Source: Fibrobacterota bacterium
GTDB taxonomy: Bacteria > Fibrobacterota > Fibrobacteria > UBA5070
Length of the DNA: 64,000 nt
Assembly (NCBI GenBank): GCA_029557215.1
Contig: JAKPQQ010000255.1
Location: 16 to 64,015, forward strand
Direction of reading: 5' to 3'
Below, piece by piece: positions 45,263-56,184 of the stretch. Under the pieces are notes generated by a model. That model was not told the DNA's origin. It saw only the letters and a program-made list of their open reading frames with translations, and did not search any database. Every line of letters begins with the position of its first letter. The stretch's first letter is position 1. The position numbers and the translations under genes were made by a program.

Positions 45263-47741
45263 CGCTGACCAGTCCGGCGGTGAAGGGGATCACCAGGGCG
45301 ACGATCTTGCCCCAGGGGATGTCCAGAGGGCGGCGGCTGGCGGGCGCGACGGCGGTGGTGTCGGTCCCCACCAGCTTGCGAGCCGTCCAGGGTGCGATTT
45401 CGCGCAGGCGCTGGGCGTCGTTGCGGGCCTCGCGGGTGGTCATTTCCGACACCACCTTCCCGGTGCGCAGATCGGTCAGTTTGGCCGACACGCGCCATCC
45501 CGATCCGTCCCTGGCCACCGCGGACGTGACCATGAACGAGGCGCCGGTGCGGCAGCGCAGGGCGGCATGGCAGGCGGAATCGCAGCCCTTGCCTTTCCAG
45601 GGCGAGTAGACGGAATCCGACGCGGCCCAGGGAAGCACCTGGTAGTGGCCGTCGCGCACGAGCACGCCGCGCATCGAATCCAGGAAGATGTTCTGGAGGG
45701 TGTCGATCACGTCGCTCCATTCGGGCTCGATCAGGGCGAGTCCCGCCTCCAGGGTGTCCAGCGGAACGCACTGGTCGCAGCGCTCGGCCTTCGGGACCAA
45801 CGCGTCCAGGACGCGCTCCGGAAGATGCGCCAGCGCTTCGATGGGGTTCCCCGTGTCGGACTGGTGGGTGGAATCGACCACGAGGTCCGTGGCGGATTCC
45901 GTCACCCAGGCGGAAAGCCTCCAGGAGGAATCCTCGGCGCGGGAGAGCCGGGTCCAGACCACATGCTTGGCGCCGCGCGAGGCGGCGATGGAATCCATGC
46001 AGCGAAGGCCCGTGCAGGGCAGGGAATCGGGGAACGAAACCGTCTTGCCCAGCCTGCGCGAGACCATGGTTCCCACCAGGTTGTCGTTCAGGAGCTTGGC
46101 GAGATTGAGGTCGCCGATCTGGTCGGTGGTCGGCGGGAACGCCCATCCGGTGTTGGCCACCAGCGCGGAATCCTCCGAACAGGGGCTTTCGCATCCGCGG
46201 GCGGAGGGGTGCGAAGCCTCCAGGAGCTTGCGCGCGAACCAGTCGAACACGCGAGGACGCCAGCCGCCCCGCGAGAGCCGGATCGAATCGATCAGGGAAT
46301 CGCCGCGGGCGTCGCGGAAGGTCGCCGAGAGATTCCACATCGAGTCGGATCCGTCCAGGTTCGCCACGACGACGCGATCGATCCCGGCGGGCGGTGGAGC
46401 CGTGGAGCCGAGCGAGTCTTTGGTCGTGTCGACGGGAATGGTGGGGACGAACTGGCTGCCCGCATGGTGCGCGAAGGCGTCGGAGATCCGGGTCTCCAGG
46501 AGCTTCGCGGCTTGGGCGTCGGCGGAGTCGGACGCGATCGCGCGCAGCGACCAGACGAGTTTCGCGCGGTTCGGGTTGGCCCGACCGCAGAAGGAACGGC
46601 AATTGGCGGGCGCGGGAACCAGGATCGACGTCGCCTTGGCGGCGAGGGCTTCCAGGGAGGGGGCCGTCACGAGGAACGAATCGGAACGTGCGCTGTCGAC
46701 GGTGCCGAGCACGACGATGCCCAGGCGCCAGTTGGAATCGATCAGACGGGAAATGTCGAGCCGCAGGATCTTCGCCACGCCGGTGGCGGCGGAAAGGGAA
46801 TCCAGGCACTTGCGGTCGGGGCATCGGATGCCTGCGGGCAGCGCGAAGGCCATGGCGCGACCGGTCCTGGTATATTCCGCCGCGAAGTGCCCCAGGAGCC
46901 TGTCGCCGAGGGTGGAATCGGTCGTGTGGTGGGTCGGGGTTTCGTAGCCCCAGACCACACCGGCCTGCGAAAGCGAATCGGCACGGCACGCGGCCTCCAT
47001 CGGACTGGGATGGAGCAGGCTCGTCGTGCGTTTCACGAGATCGTCGAAGGGCTTTGGCGTGCTCGCCGAGGTCGCGACGAAGCTCGAATCCAATTTGCGT
47101 CCGGTGGGAAGTTCGAAGAGCCAACTGGAAAGCTTCCAGCCCGAATCCGCGGTGCGGTACAGCGCCTGGTACAACAGTCTCCCGGCTCCCGAGCCGAGTC
47201 CGTTCTTCCAGGAACAGTCGAAGCCGGAACAGGTGTCGCGCACGCCGCGATCGGCCATCCACAGGTCGCCGGTACGCATGAGTTGGACCCGGGACTTCTG
47301 CAGGATCTGGTCGGCCGCGTCCGCATTTCCGGTGAAGTTTCGCGGTTTGGCCACATACCAGGTGCGCGCGGCGCGATCGAGGGAGTCCACCCTCCGCAAA
47401 GAATCGACGCGCCGCAGGGAATCGATGCGGGCGATCGAATCGCGCACGTGGAGGGAGTCCGCGACGCGGACCGAATCGACACGGCGGATGGAGTCGCGTT
47501 TCAGGGAATCCAGCCGCATGGCGGATTCCGCCTTGCGCAGGGAGTCGGCGACCCGGATCGAATCCTTCTTCCAGGCCTTCGTGCCCTTCTTGGGCTTGGC
47601 CACGGGTTTGGCGGTCTTGACCTTGGCGGTCTTGACAGCCGTTTTCGCCGATGTCGCCGGAGCGGTCGGTGCTTGGACGGGCCATGCCAACGCGGCGAGG
47701 ACGACAAGTGCAACAGGTATCCGAAGGCGAGGGAACTTCAT
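45246..47741 (-). CDS. large signal-peptide protein with Lys-rich and RVDSL tandem repeats, about five Cys-pair modules and a C-terminal TM anchor
   Basis: Track ORF of 831 aa. Signal MKFPRLRIPVALVVLAALAWPVQA. Then a KTAVKTAKVKTAKPVAKPKK segment and a DS-repeat block. Repeated modules each carry a CxxC to Cx4C pair and end in a W[RK]L[SG] strand (GWKLSSWLFELPTGRKL, NWRLGIVVLG, SWRLSAWVTE, GWRVSAKLTDLRTGKVV). The C-terminal IVALVIPFTAGLVSVISRW is a hydrophobic helix. Confidence 0.75.
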   Translation of the reverse strand: MKFPRLRIPVALVVLAALAWPVQAPTAPATSAKTAVKTAKVKTAKPVAKPKKGTKAWKKDSIRVADSLRKAESAMRLDSLKRDSIRRVDSVRVADSLHVRDSIARIDSLRRVDSLRRVDSLDRAARTWYVAKPRNFTGNADAADQILQKSRVQLMRTGDLWMADRGVRDTCSGFDCSWKNGLGSGAGRLLYQALYRTADSGWKLSSWLFELPTGRKLDSSFVATSASTPKPFDDLVKRTTSLLHPSPMEAACRADSLSQAGVVWGYETPTHHTTDSTLGDRLLGHFAAEYTRTGRAMAFALPAGIRCPDRKCLDSLSAATGVAKILRLDISRLIDSNWRLGIVVLGTVDSARSDSFLVTAPSLEALAAKATSILVPAPANCRSFCGRANPNRAKLVWSLRAIASDSADAQAAKLLETRISDAFAHHAGSQFVPTIPVDTTKDSLGSTAPPPAGIDRVVVANLDGSDSMWNLSATFRDARGDSLIDSIRLSRGGWRPRVFDWFARKLLEASHPSARGCESPCSEDSALVANTGWAFPPTTDQIGDLNLAKLLNDNLVGTMVSRRLGKTVSFPDSLPCTGLRCMDSIAASRGAKHVVWTRLSRAEDSSWRLSAWVTESATDLVVDSTHQSDTGNPIEALAHLPERVLDALVPKAERCDQCVPLDTLEAGLALIEPEWSDVIDTLQNIFLDSMRGVLVRDGHYQVLPWAASDSVYSPWKGKGCDSACHAALRCRTGASFMVTSAVARDGSGWRVSAKLTDLRTGKVVSEMTTREARNDAQRLREIAPWTARKLVGTDTTAVAPASRRPLDIPWGKIVALVIPFTAGLVSVISRW
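47376..47564 (-). repeat. in-frame 15-nt-period tandem repeat encoding (R/K)xDS(L/I/V) pentapeptides
   Basis: Encodes DSIRVADSLRKAESAMRLDSLKRDSIRRVDSVRVADSLHVRDSIARIDSLRRVDSLRRVDSLD. GAATCGA and GGAGTC motifs recur every 15 nt on the plus strand. Confidence 0.8.
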
Positions 47742-47863
47742 TTGGGTGTTCTCCGTGCAAGTGCTGGTGGCCAGAGGATACCTTTCGATCCGGTCGCGTG
47801 TCGAGCCAAATCCGATGCGTTCCCGGAAATCGACGCGCGAGGGCTACCATTGCGAACCATACC

Positions 47864-48637
47864 ATGAAACTCTGGGCATTGTCCGATCCGCACCTGACCC
47901 TGGCGACCCCTTCGAAGGCCATGCACGTCTTCGGGGAGGTCTGGCGCGACCACGAAGCGCGGATCGCGGCGGCTTGGAGTCGTTCGGTGGGCCCGCAGGA
48001 CGTGGTGTTGGTCCCTGGCGACATTTCCTGGGCGTCCCGTCTGGAGGACGCCTTGACCGATCTGGAATTCCTGCACCGGCTCCCGGGCACCAAGGTGATC
48101 CTGGAAGGCAACCACGAACGCTGGTGGCAGTCGATCGTCGAAGTCCGCGACGAGCTGCCTCCGAGCATCAAGGCGGTTTCCGCCGACCATGTGGAGGTGG
48201 GCGACTGGTTGGTGTTCGGCACGCGCCTGTGGGAGCACGAGGAGGTCGCCGTGGACGATCTGATCGCCTGGAACCGCATGTCCGACAAGCGCCCGGACAC
48301 CCGCACCCAAGCCGACCGCGAGCGCAACGAGAAGATCTACGCGCGCGAGCTGGGTCGATTGGAACGCTGCATCAAGGCGTTGCCCGCCCGACCTTGGCTC
48401 AAGCGCGTGTGCATGACGCACTACCCTCCCATCGGACGGGATCTGGTTCCGACCCGGGCGAGCAGGCTCGTGGAATCGAGTGGGGCCGCGATCTGCGCGT
48501 TCGGGCATCTGCACAGCATCAAGCCCGAACACCATCCACCCCAGGGTGACCTCATGGGTGTCGCGGGAGATGTGCGCTATGTCCTGGCCAGTTGCGACTA
48601 CCGGAACATGGAGCCGGTGCTTCTGGACGAATCCTGA
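47864..48637 (+). CDS. metallophosphoesterase (calcineurin-like)
   Basis: ATG at 47864 inside track ORF 47651..48637. Contains [28 protein letters not shown] and FGHLH. Confidence 0.8.
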   Translation: MKLWALSDPHLTLATPSKAMHVFGEVWRDHEARIAAAWSRSVGPQDVVLVPGDISWASRLEDALTDLEFLHRLPGTKVILEGNHERWWQSIVEVRDELPPSIKAVSADHVEVGDWLVFGTRLWEHEEVAVDDLIAWNRMSDKRPDTRTQADRERNEKIYARELGRLERCIKALPARPWLKRVCMTHYPPIGRDLVPTRASRLVESSGAAICAFGHLHSIKPEHHPPQGDLMGVAGDVRYVLASCDYRNMEPVLLDES

Positions 48638-48708
48638 ATCTCCGGCCCTGGATTTCTCCGGCGACGAAGTGGTATCCTGCGGAGGAACTTTTTGACGGAG
48701 AATCCCGC

Positions 48709-50781
48709 ATGTCGATCATTCGCAAGACGCTGGGAAGCATACAGGGCCGTCTCGTCGCGACGACGGTGGCTGTCGGTGTCCTGGCCTTCGGGCTCACGGC
48801 GTTCTACTCCATCTTCAAGATGGGGAACATCCAGGAGACGGCTCTGGAAACCCAGATCCGCAGCCAGTCGCAGGCGAGCGCACATGCCACCGAAGCTTCG
48901 CTGGAACGGCAGCTCGGGTTCGTCAGATCCCTCGCGCGATCGCTGGAAGGGATCGCGACGCTTCCCGATCGGGAGAAACGGCGGATCCTGGAGGCGATGG
49001 TGAAATCCGCCGCCAAGGAGGAAAACGTCGCCGCCGTCTATGCGAATTTCGAGCATGGATTGTTCTTCGGGCCCAAGGAAGGAACTCCGGGTCGCAAGCA
49101 GGGTGCGTGTTACTTCAAGGACGGGGCGGGGGCCGTGGTCGCGTTGCCATCCGGGTACGATGCCGCGATCGATTCGTCCGCGGCCTGGTATTGGAATTCG
49201 CTGCGCGAGGGACGCGAAAGCCTGGTCGAACCCTACCGCTACGCCTATCTGCCCGGGATGGACTCGATGCTGATGGTATCCATCACGGTTCCGGTCCTGG
49301 TGGGAGGGCGCGTGGTCGGCGTGGCCGGGATCGACGTCACGCTGGATCGGCTGCAGAAATTGACTTCGACCATCCAGCCGACTCCGGGATCCTACGCGAT
49401 CCTGGTGTCCAACGCCGCGGTCCGCGCGGCCCATCCCAAGAGCGAACTTCTCCTGAAGCCGTTGGGCGACGACATGCCTCCGCCCGATCGCGACGCGTTG
49501 CTCGATTCCATCCGCCAAGGACGTCCGGTGACGGTCGACAAGGTCGCCAAGGGCACGGGCAAGATGAGTCGCATCCAGTATTCGCCGGTGGGCGTCGGAG
49601 AAACCGGGAAACCCTGGTCGCTGGGGTTGGTCGTGCCGATCGACGATCTTCGGGAGCCTTCGCGATCGGCCCGGCGCGACATCCTGGTTTCCACCTTCCT
49701 GGGTGTCGGGTTCCTCGCCTTGCTTCTGGGGTGGCTCGCCGCCAAACTGCTCAAACCCCTGGAACACACCGCGGGCCTGATGCGGGACATGGCCGAGGGC
49801 GACGGCGATCTGACCCGTTGCGTGACGGAAACCGGCATCCGCGAGACCGATCGGCTTGCCGGCGAATTCAACCGGTTCGCCGAAGTCACGCGCGTCATGG
49901 TGGCCAACGTGGTCGAACGGACCCGGCCTCTGGGGGAGGCGTCCAGCGGACTGCAGTCGGTGGCGCGGGAACTCGACAGGAGTTCCGAGCGGGTATCCCA
50001 GCGCGCCCAGACGGTGGGGCTCGCGGCGCAGGCCATGAGCCACGACGCGCAGACGGCGTTCGGCGAGGTGGAACAGTCCGGTTCCAGCCTGGAGCGGATC
50101 GCGGCGGCGGTGGAAGAGATGAACGCGAGCATCGGCGAGGTGGCCAACGGAGCGAGCCTTTCGCGGGTCACCGGGGTGGAGGCCTTGGGAGCCGCCGAGC
50201 AGGCCGCCAAGTTCGTGGGCGATCTCGCGAACGCGTCGGCGGAAATCGAACAGGTGATCGAGATCATCGTGGAGATTTCCGAACAGACCAAGCTGCTGGC
50301 GCTGAACGCGACCATCGAGGCGGCGCGTGCCGGTGAAGCCGGAAAAGGGTTCGCGGTGGTGGCCGGCGAAGTCAAGGAGTTGGCCAAGGGAACGGCCGAG
50401 GCGACCGAGGACATCCGCACGCGGGTGGATCGGATGCGCCAGGCCACCGGGATGGCGGTCGAACGGATCGCGGAAATCCGCCACGTGATCCAGAAATCGT
50501 CGGACATGCAGACATCCATCGCGGCGTCTGTGGAACAGCAGTCTTCGGCCACCCGGGAAATCGCCTCCAGTCTGGCGGAAGTGGTGGCGGGAGTGCGCAC
50601 CGTGCGCAACAACCTGCGCGCGGTGGTGGACGGCACGAGATCGGTCAGCTCGGAAATGGGCGAAGTCACCAGCGTGAGCGCGGATCTTCGCGCCGAAGCA
50701 TTGAAGGTCAGGGAAGCTTCGGACCACATGGCGGCGATGGCGGACGCGGTCGGCGGTCTGCTGGGGCGCTTCAAGGTCTGA
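48709..50781 (+). CDS. methyl-accepting chemotaxis protein with Cache-like sensor domain
   Basis: ATG at 48709 inside track ORF 48592..50781. Order: TM1, a periplasmic Cache-like region, TM2, HAMP, then the conserved signalling hairpin [38 protein letters not shown]. Confidence 0.9.
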   Translation: MSIIRKTLGSIQGRLVATTVAVGVLAFGLTAFYSIFKMGNIQETALETQIRSQSQASAHATEASLERQLGFVRSLARSLEGIATLPDREKRRILEAMVKSAAKEENVAAVYANFEHGLFFGPKEGTPGRKQGACYFKDGAGAVVALPSGYDAAIDSSAAWYWNSLREGRESLVEPYRYAYLPGMDSMLMVSITVPVLVGGRVVGVAGIDVTLDRLQKLTSTIQPTPGSYAILVSNAAVRAAHPKSELLLKPLGDDMPPPDRDALLDSIRQGRPVTVDKVAKGTGKMSRIQYSPVGVGETGKPWSLGLVVPIDDLREPSRSARRDILVSTFLGVGFLALLLGWLAAKLLKPLEHTAGLMRDMAEGDGDLTRCVTETGIRETDRLAGEFNRFAEVTRVMVANVVERTRPLGEASSGLQSVARELDRSSERVSQRAQTVGLAAQAMSHDAQTAFGEVEQSGSSLERIAAAVEEMNASIGEVANGASLSRVTGVEALGAAEQAAKFVGDLANASAEIEQVIEIIVEISEQTKLLALNATIEAARAGEAGKGFAVVAGEVKELAKGTAEATEDIRTRVDRMRQATGMAVERIAEIRHVIQKSSDMQTSIAASVEQQSSATREIASSLAEVVAGVRTVRNNLRAVVDGTRSVSSEMGEVTSVSADLRAEALKVREASDHMAAMADAVGGLLGRFKV

Positions 50782-50866
50782 CGCTCGGCTTCTCCTCCGG
50801 CCATTCCGCCGGGGAATGGCGTCCATGAGCGCGATGCGCGATCCGTTCCGGCCCGTGGTTGGCTAG

Positions 50867-52009
<1,143 letters not shown>

Positions 52010-52037
52010 GCCGGATTCCGTCCAATCCGGACAAGAA

Positions 52038-52070
52038 GGCCCGCCCCGGGAATCCCGGAGCGGGCCTCTT
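52038..52070. terminator. hairpin between convergent leuB and lipoprotein genes
   Basis: GGCCCGCCCCGGG-aat-CCCGGAGCGGGCC (one mismatch) followed by TCTTCATATT. Confidence 0.45.
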
Positions 52071-52101
52071 CATATTGGAAATGGGAAGCACGCCCGCAGG
52101 A

Positions 52102-52578
52102 TCAGAAGGTGCGCTTGGCTTCCCAGGTGGAGATGGTCGTGAACGTCTCCCTGTCCACGACGGATCCGGAAATGGCGGTGATCAGGTGTTTCGCGCTGTC
52201 GGTCAATTTTCCGGTCAGGACGATTTGGTTCGTTTCGTCGATGAGGCGGAGATTCAGGAAATTCCCGGCGTCGGACTGGACCTTCTGGAGTCGACCGGAA
52301 TAATCCTTCGATCCCCCTTTGGACCAGTCGATGGTGGCGACGACGGAGTCGTCGATCTGGAAGAACGTACCCGAACCGGAGTCCGAAGGCGACTTGATGC
52401 TCCAGATCCCGTGGACAATGGCGGAAGACTTGGCCAGACGGTCGTTGTAGTACGTGGTGTCGTGGATCCGGGTCGTGTCGTGGACGTAGACGGTTTCCGG
52501 CGCGGTGGATCCGTCGCAACCACCCAGCAGCGCGGTGGATGCGATGGTCGTGGTGAGCAGCACGGCGAGCTTCTTCAT
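52102..52578 (-). CDS. small lipoprotein of unknown function
   Basis: Track ORF of 158 aa. MKKLAVLLTTTIASTALLGGC is a signal peptide plus lipobox. No domain recognised. Confidence 0.7.
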   Translation of the reverse strand: MKKLAVLLTTTIASTALLGGCDGSTAPETVYVHDTTRIHDTTYYNDRLAKSSAIVHGIWSIKSPSDSGSGTFFQIDDSVVATIDWSKGGSKDYSGRLQKVQSDAGNFLNLRLIDETNQIVLTGKLTDSAKHLITAISGSVVDRETFTTISTWEAKRTF

Positions 52579-52692
52579 GGATTCGTTCTCCTGGAGCGTT
52601 GGCGCGAACGAGGCGTTTGGAAGAAACTTACACCGTACGATGCCCGGGCGCGCCGCGCCGGTCGAGGAATCCGGCGCGGCGCGTGATCTACG

Positions 52693-54978
52693 TCACAGGA
52701 TGGAGGCGCTCTGTACGGTGCGGACCACGCCGACGCGCAGTTCCACGTAGAGCATGCCGCGAGCGGCGCCCGATGGGGCCTTCCAGTCGATCGTCTTCAG
52801 CGACCTGAGTTCGCTGGCGTTCCAGCGCGCCAGGACCCGTCCATGGATGTCGCGGACCACGACTTCGGCTGTTTCGTCCAGTCCATCCGGAAGGCGGATG
52901 CTCAAGCCGCGTCCACCGATCAGGCTGAGCACCTTGAAGCCGGCGATGTTCGCCTTGGAGCGGACGCTCGCGGGCGGGTCTTCCGGTTCGGTCGGCTCGG
53001 TGCCGTCGCCGAGATCCGTTCCGAAGATTTCCGAGGCCAGCAGGAAGGGGACGCCGCGGTCGCGGTAGCGTTCCTGGAGCGTGGCCCCAAGGCTGTCGGA
53101 AGGAAGCGCCAGCAGCGAATGGGTGGCGTCGACGAACCCGAAGACGTTGCCGACCGATCGCGTGCGCCAGGATTCGGACCAGTGGCGACGCGATCCGCCC
53201 CAAAGCCGAGGGATGGAGCTGTCGGCGGGAAGCTCGATCCAGTTGTCGGCGGGTTCTTCTGCGGTGCGGACCAGGTTGCCGTTCTCGTCGTAGAGCTTCC
53301 AGGACAATTTCCGGTCCCAAGCCGAGCGGGCGTGTCCGTTGAATTCGATCAGGGAGTTGGCGCCGGCGCCGGTCTCCAGTCCCGTCACGGCGTCGATGGA
53401 AAATTCGCGTTCTCCAGCTGTGAATTCCAGGTTCCAGGTGACCCGGGTGAGCGGCACCGGGAACGGAAGCCAGTTGTCGATCCGGCGATCGGCCGGGAGT
53501 TGGTGTTCGGCGACCAGCGAGGGGAGGTCGGCGCCGGGCCAATGGGCCCCGTAACCGTCGTTCCAGGACCAGGCGCTCCAGGAACTGGCGGTCAGACCTT
53601 CGGGCCATGCGGGAAGCGCGACGGAAGGATCGGGGATGTCGGCGGAAGGCCCGCAGGAAACGAACGCGATGTGGCGGACCACGCCGCTGTCGGCGCTGTA
53701 CATGCTGAAGGCGATTTCAAGCGCCGAGGCCAGGCGTTTGGCGCCTTCCTTGCGGATCTTGGAGGCGTCGCCGGTCGAACCCGTGGATCCGTAGGGCGGT
53801 GCGTCGTAGCGCGCCAGGATGGTGTCGGCATTGAGCGATCCCAGGTACTCCTGCATCAGGGCGAAGGTGTCGGTTCCCCATTTGGACAGTGCGAACCGCT
53901 TGAGCTTGCGGGAATCGCCTTCGTCGGACAGCAGTCCCACGCGGACCAGGCTGGAGGCCCGACCGAGCTGCGAGGTGGCCGACAACAGCTGGCCGGCCTG
54001 TTCCAGCATCTGGTAGCCGCTGCTGGAGACCTGTTCGCCCCATCCGTAGTCCAGCACGAAGCCGTTCGGGGAGTTCCACTTCCACACGACCAGGATCTCC
54101 TGGCGCAGGTGGGAATTGGACAGGAGAGAGTCGGGAAGTTTGCCCTTGTACATCACGTACCCGCCTTTCCAGGCTCCCGAATCGTGGCTTGTGGCCAGCG
54201 CGATCGATCCCTTCTGGGGGAGGACGACGGAAAACGGCGCATGGTAGACCGGCGTCGGATCCCACCAGGGGGACGATTGCACCGCCGGGTAGTCCACGAG
54301 CTTGGTGGTGCTGGAAAACGGGGTGAGCATGCCGTCGCGTTCCAGCCGCAGCGCGGTTCCGCCCTGGTTTTCGATGTCCAGCTCGTACTGGCCGGGGTGT
54401 CCGGCGGCTTCCTGGGCGAAGGCCGACCCGACAGGAATCGTCCATCCGTCGCCGTTGGATTGCAGCGGGACCATGTAGCGGATGCGCATGCGCCGGGAAC
54501 CGTTCCATTCCACCGGGTAGAGCTTCATGGTGTAGTTGTCGCCGGTCTTTTCGATCAGCAGGGGGTCGCGGGGCTGCGGGATGGGGGCCGTGTTGCGGTC
54601 CACCACGGCTTCGTATTCGGCGGATGCCTGGCTGGCGGATTTGAGCTTCGCCTTGAGGAGGGGGCCGCCGTTCCACAGCAGGGCTCCGGTCACCACCGAG
54701 CCTTCGGGGAGATTGAACTGGCCCGCGATCTCCCAGGTGGAAAGGTTGTCGGTCGGCACGGCGCTTCCCGTGGATGCCTGGGTGCCGAGCACGATCTCTT
54801 CTTCCACGTCGACCCACCCCTGGTGGACGGTGGCGCGGACCGCGTGGTCGTGGATCCGCACGTCGTGGCGCAGCTGCCATCCCTGGGTGGATTGGCTTCG
54901 CAAGTAGGCTTGGGCGGGCAGCGCGAGGCCCGCGATGGCCGCCGCGAGGGCGATGTGGGTCGATGTTGGTCTGGACAT
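52693..54978 (-). CDS. secreted VIT-domain-like protein with C-terminal sorting-tail-like domain (copy 1)
   Basis: ATG at 54978 inside track ORF 52693..55203. Signal MSRPTSTHIALAAAIAGLALPAQA. VIT-like N-terminus: VRIHDHAVRATVHQGWVDVEEEIVLG...FNLPEGSVVTGALLWNG...AEYEAVV. Tail: LSIRLPDGLDETAEVVVRDIHGRVLARW...GMLYVELRVG. Paralog of 57919..60144. Confidence 0.8.
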   Translation of the reverse strand: MSRPTSTHIALAAAIAGLALPAQAYLRSQSTQGWQLRHDVRIHDHAVRATVHQGWVDVEEEIVLGTQASTGSAVPTDNLSTWEIAGQFNLPEGSVVTGALLWNGGPLLKAKLKSASQASAEYEAVVDRNTAPIPQPRDPLLIEKTGDNYTMKLYPVEWNGSRRMRIRYMVPLQSNGDGWTIPVGSAFAQEAAGHPGQYELDIENQGGTALRLERDGMLTPFSSTTKLVDYPAVQSSPWWDPTPVYHAPFSVVLPQKGSIALATSHDSGAWKGGYVMYKGKLPDSLLSNSHLRQEILVVWKWNSPNGFVLDYGWGEQVSSSGYQMLEQAGQLLSATSQLGRASSLVRVGLLSDEGDSRKLKRFALSKWGTDTFALMQEYLGSLNADTILARYDAPPYGSTGSTGDASKIRKEGAKRLASALEIAFSMYSADSGVVRHIAFVSCGPSADIPDPSVALPAWPEGLTASSWSAWSWNDGYGAHWPGADLPSLVAEHQLPADRRIDNWLPFPVPLTRVTWNLEFTAGEREFSIDAVTGLETGAGANSLIEFNGHARSAWDRKLSWKLYDENGNLVRTAEEPADNWIELPADSSIPRLWGGSRRHWSESWRTRSVGNVFGFVDATHSLLALPSDSLGATLQERYRDRGVPFLLASEIFGTDLGDGTEPTEPEDPPASVRSKANIAGFKVLSLIGGRGLSIRLPDGLDETAEVVVRDIHGRVLARWNASELRSLKTIDWKAPSGAARGMLYVELRVGVVRTVQSASIL

Positions 54979-55296
54979 TGGGGCGTGTCCTTTCGTGGGT
55001 GGTTGGATGGTTGGTTCTGGTTGCCTTGCCGAGCGTAGCGCGACAGTTTCTGTGCAATCGAATGTACGGCGGGAACCGGAGGAAGAGTGTTCTACCAATT
55101 GTGCACACACGACCGCCGGAGGCTTGGAACGTGGGCCCGACTTCGTGCCACCCCCGTCGCGCAACACGGTGGAATCGGCGAATGCGGGTGTGATGTCGGT
55201 CACGGAGGCTCTTTCGTACGTACCGGGTTTGTTCTATGGATCATGCCCAGTTTCCGGATGCGATCCAGGCCTTGGGCGAGGTAACTTTGTGGGAAG

Positions 55297-56184
55297 ATGG
55301 ACGGGACCCCAACGATCTTCGCCTACACCGACTACCGGAAGTACCTGGTGGACTGGATGGACGCGAAACAGGCGATCGAACGCAAGTTCAACCGCAGCGA
55401 GATGCATCGCCGCCTGGGATTGCCCAACACGCGCAGCTACCTGTCGGATGTCCTGTCGGGCAAGGACGTGAGCGCCACCTTCGTGGAACGGTTCGTGACC
55501 GCGCTGGAACTGTCCGGCGAAGAGGCGAGGTTCTTCCGGGTGCTGGTGCGGTTCAACCAGTCCACCTCCCCGGAGGAACGCGAACTGGCCTTCGACCAGC
55601 TGGTCTCGCTCAACCGGACGCCGCGCACGGTGCTGGATCCGCGCCATTACCGGTACTACCGCAACTGGTGGAACGGCGCGGTGCGCGCGCTCCTGGCCAT
55701 CCACGACATCGGCGACGAGCCCCGCAAACTTGCCAATCTGGTGCAGCCAGCCATCACCGAGGCGCAGGCCAAGGAAAGCCTGGCCCTCCTGAAGGAACTC
55801 GAGCTGGTGGCCAAGGACGAACGCGGGTTCTGGAAGCCCACGCAGCACACGCTGACCACAGGCGAAGGCGCGCGGGGAGAGCTCGTGCGCCAACTGCAGG
55901 TCCAGCAGCTGGGTCTGGTACAGACCGCGGCCATGAGGCCGGGCCACCAGGGTCAGGTGGTGGCGACCAACACCATCTCCGTTTCCGACAATGGATTGGA
56001 GATGATCCGCAAGCGCCTGGAGCGGTTCCGGTCCGAGATCCGATCGATCGTCCACAAGGATTCCGAACCCGCAAGCCGGGTGCACCTGGTGAGCCTTGCG
56101 ATCGTCCCTCTGACACGCGACATGCGGACCGACACGCCGGACGCGGCCTCGCAAAAGAAGTCCACCGTCAAGGACGCGGCGTGA
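55297..56184 (+). CDS. TIGR02147/DUF4423-family putative HTH regulator, paralog E
   Basis: Track ORF. An in-frame TAA five codons upstream makes this ATG the first possible start. Begins MDGTPTIFAYTDYRKYLVDWMDAKQAIERKFNRSEMHRRLGLPNTRSYLSDVLSGKDVS... Most divergent of the five paralogs. Confidence 0.85.
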   Translation: MDGTPTIFAYTDYRKYLVDWMDAKQAIERKFNRSEMHRRLGLPNTRSYLSDVLSGKDVSATFVERFVTALELSGEEARFFRVLVRFNQSTSPEERELAFDQLVSLNRTPRTVLDPRHYRYYRNWWNGAVRALLAIHDIGDEPRKLANLVQPAITEAQAKESLALLKELELVAKDERGFWKPTQHTLTTGEGARGELVRQLQVQQLGLVQTAAMRPGHQGQVVATNTISVSDNGLEMIRKRLERFRSEIRSIVHKDSEPASRVHLVSLAIVPLTRDMRTDTPDAASQKKSTVKDAA

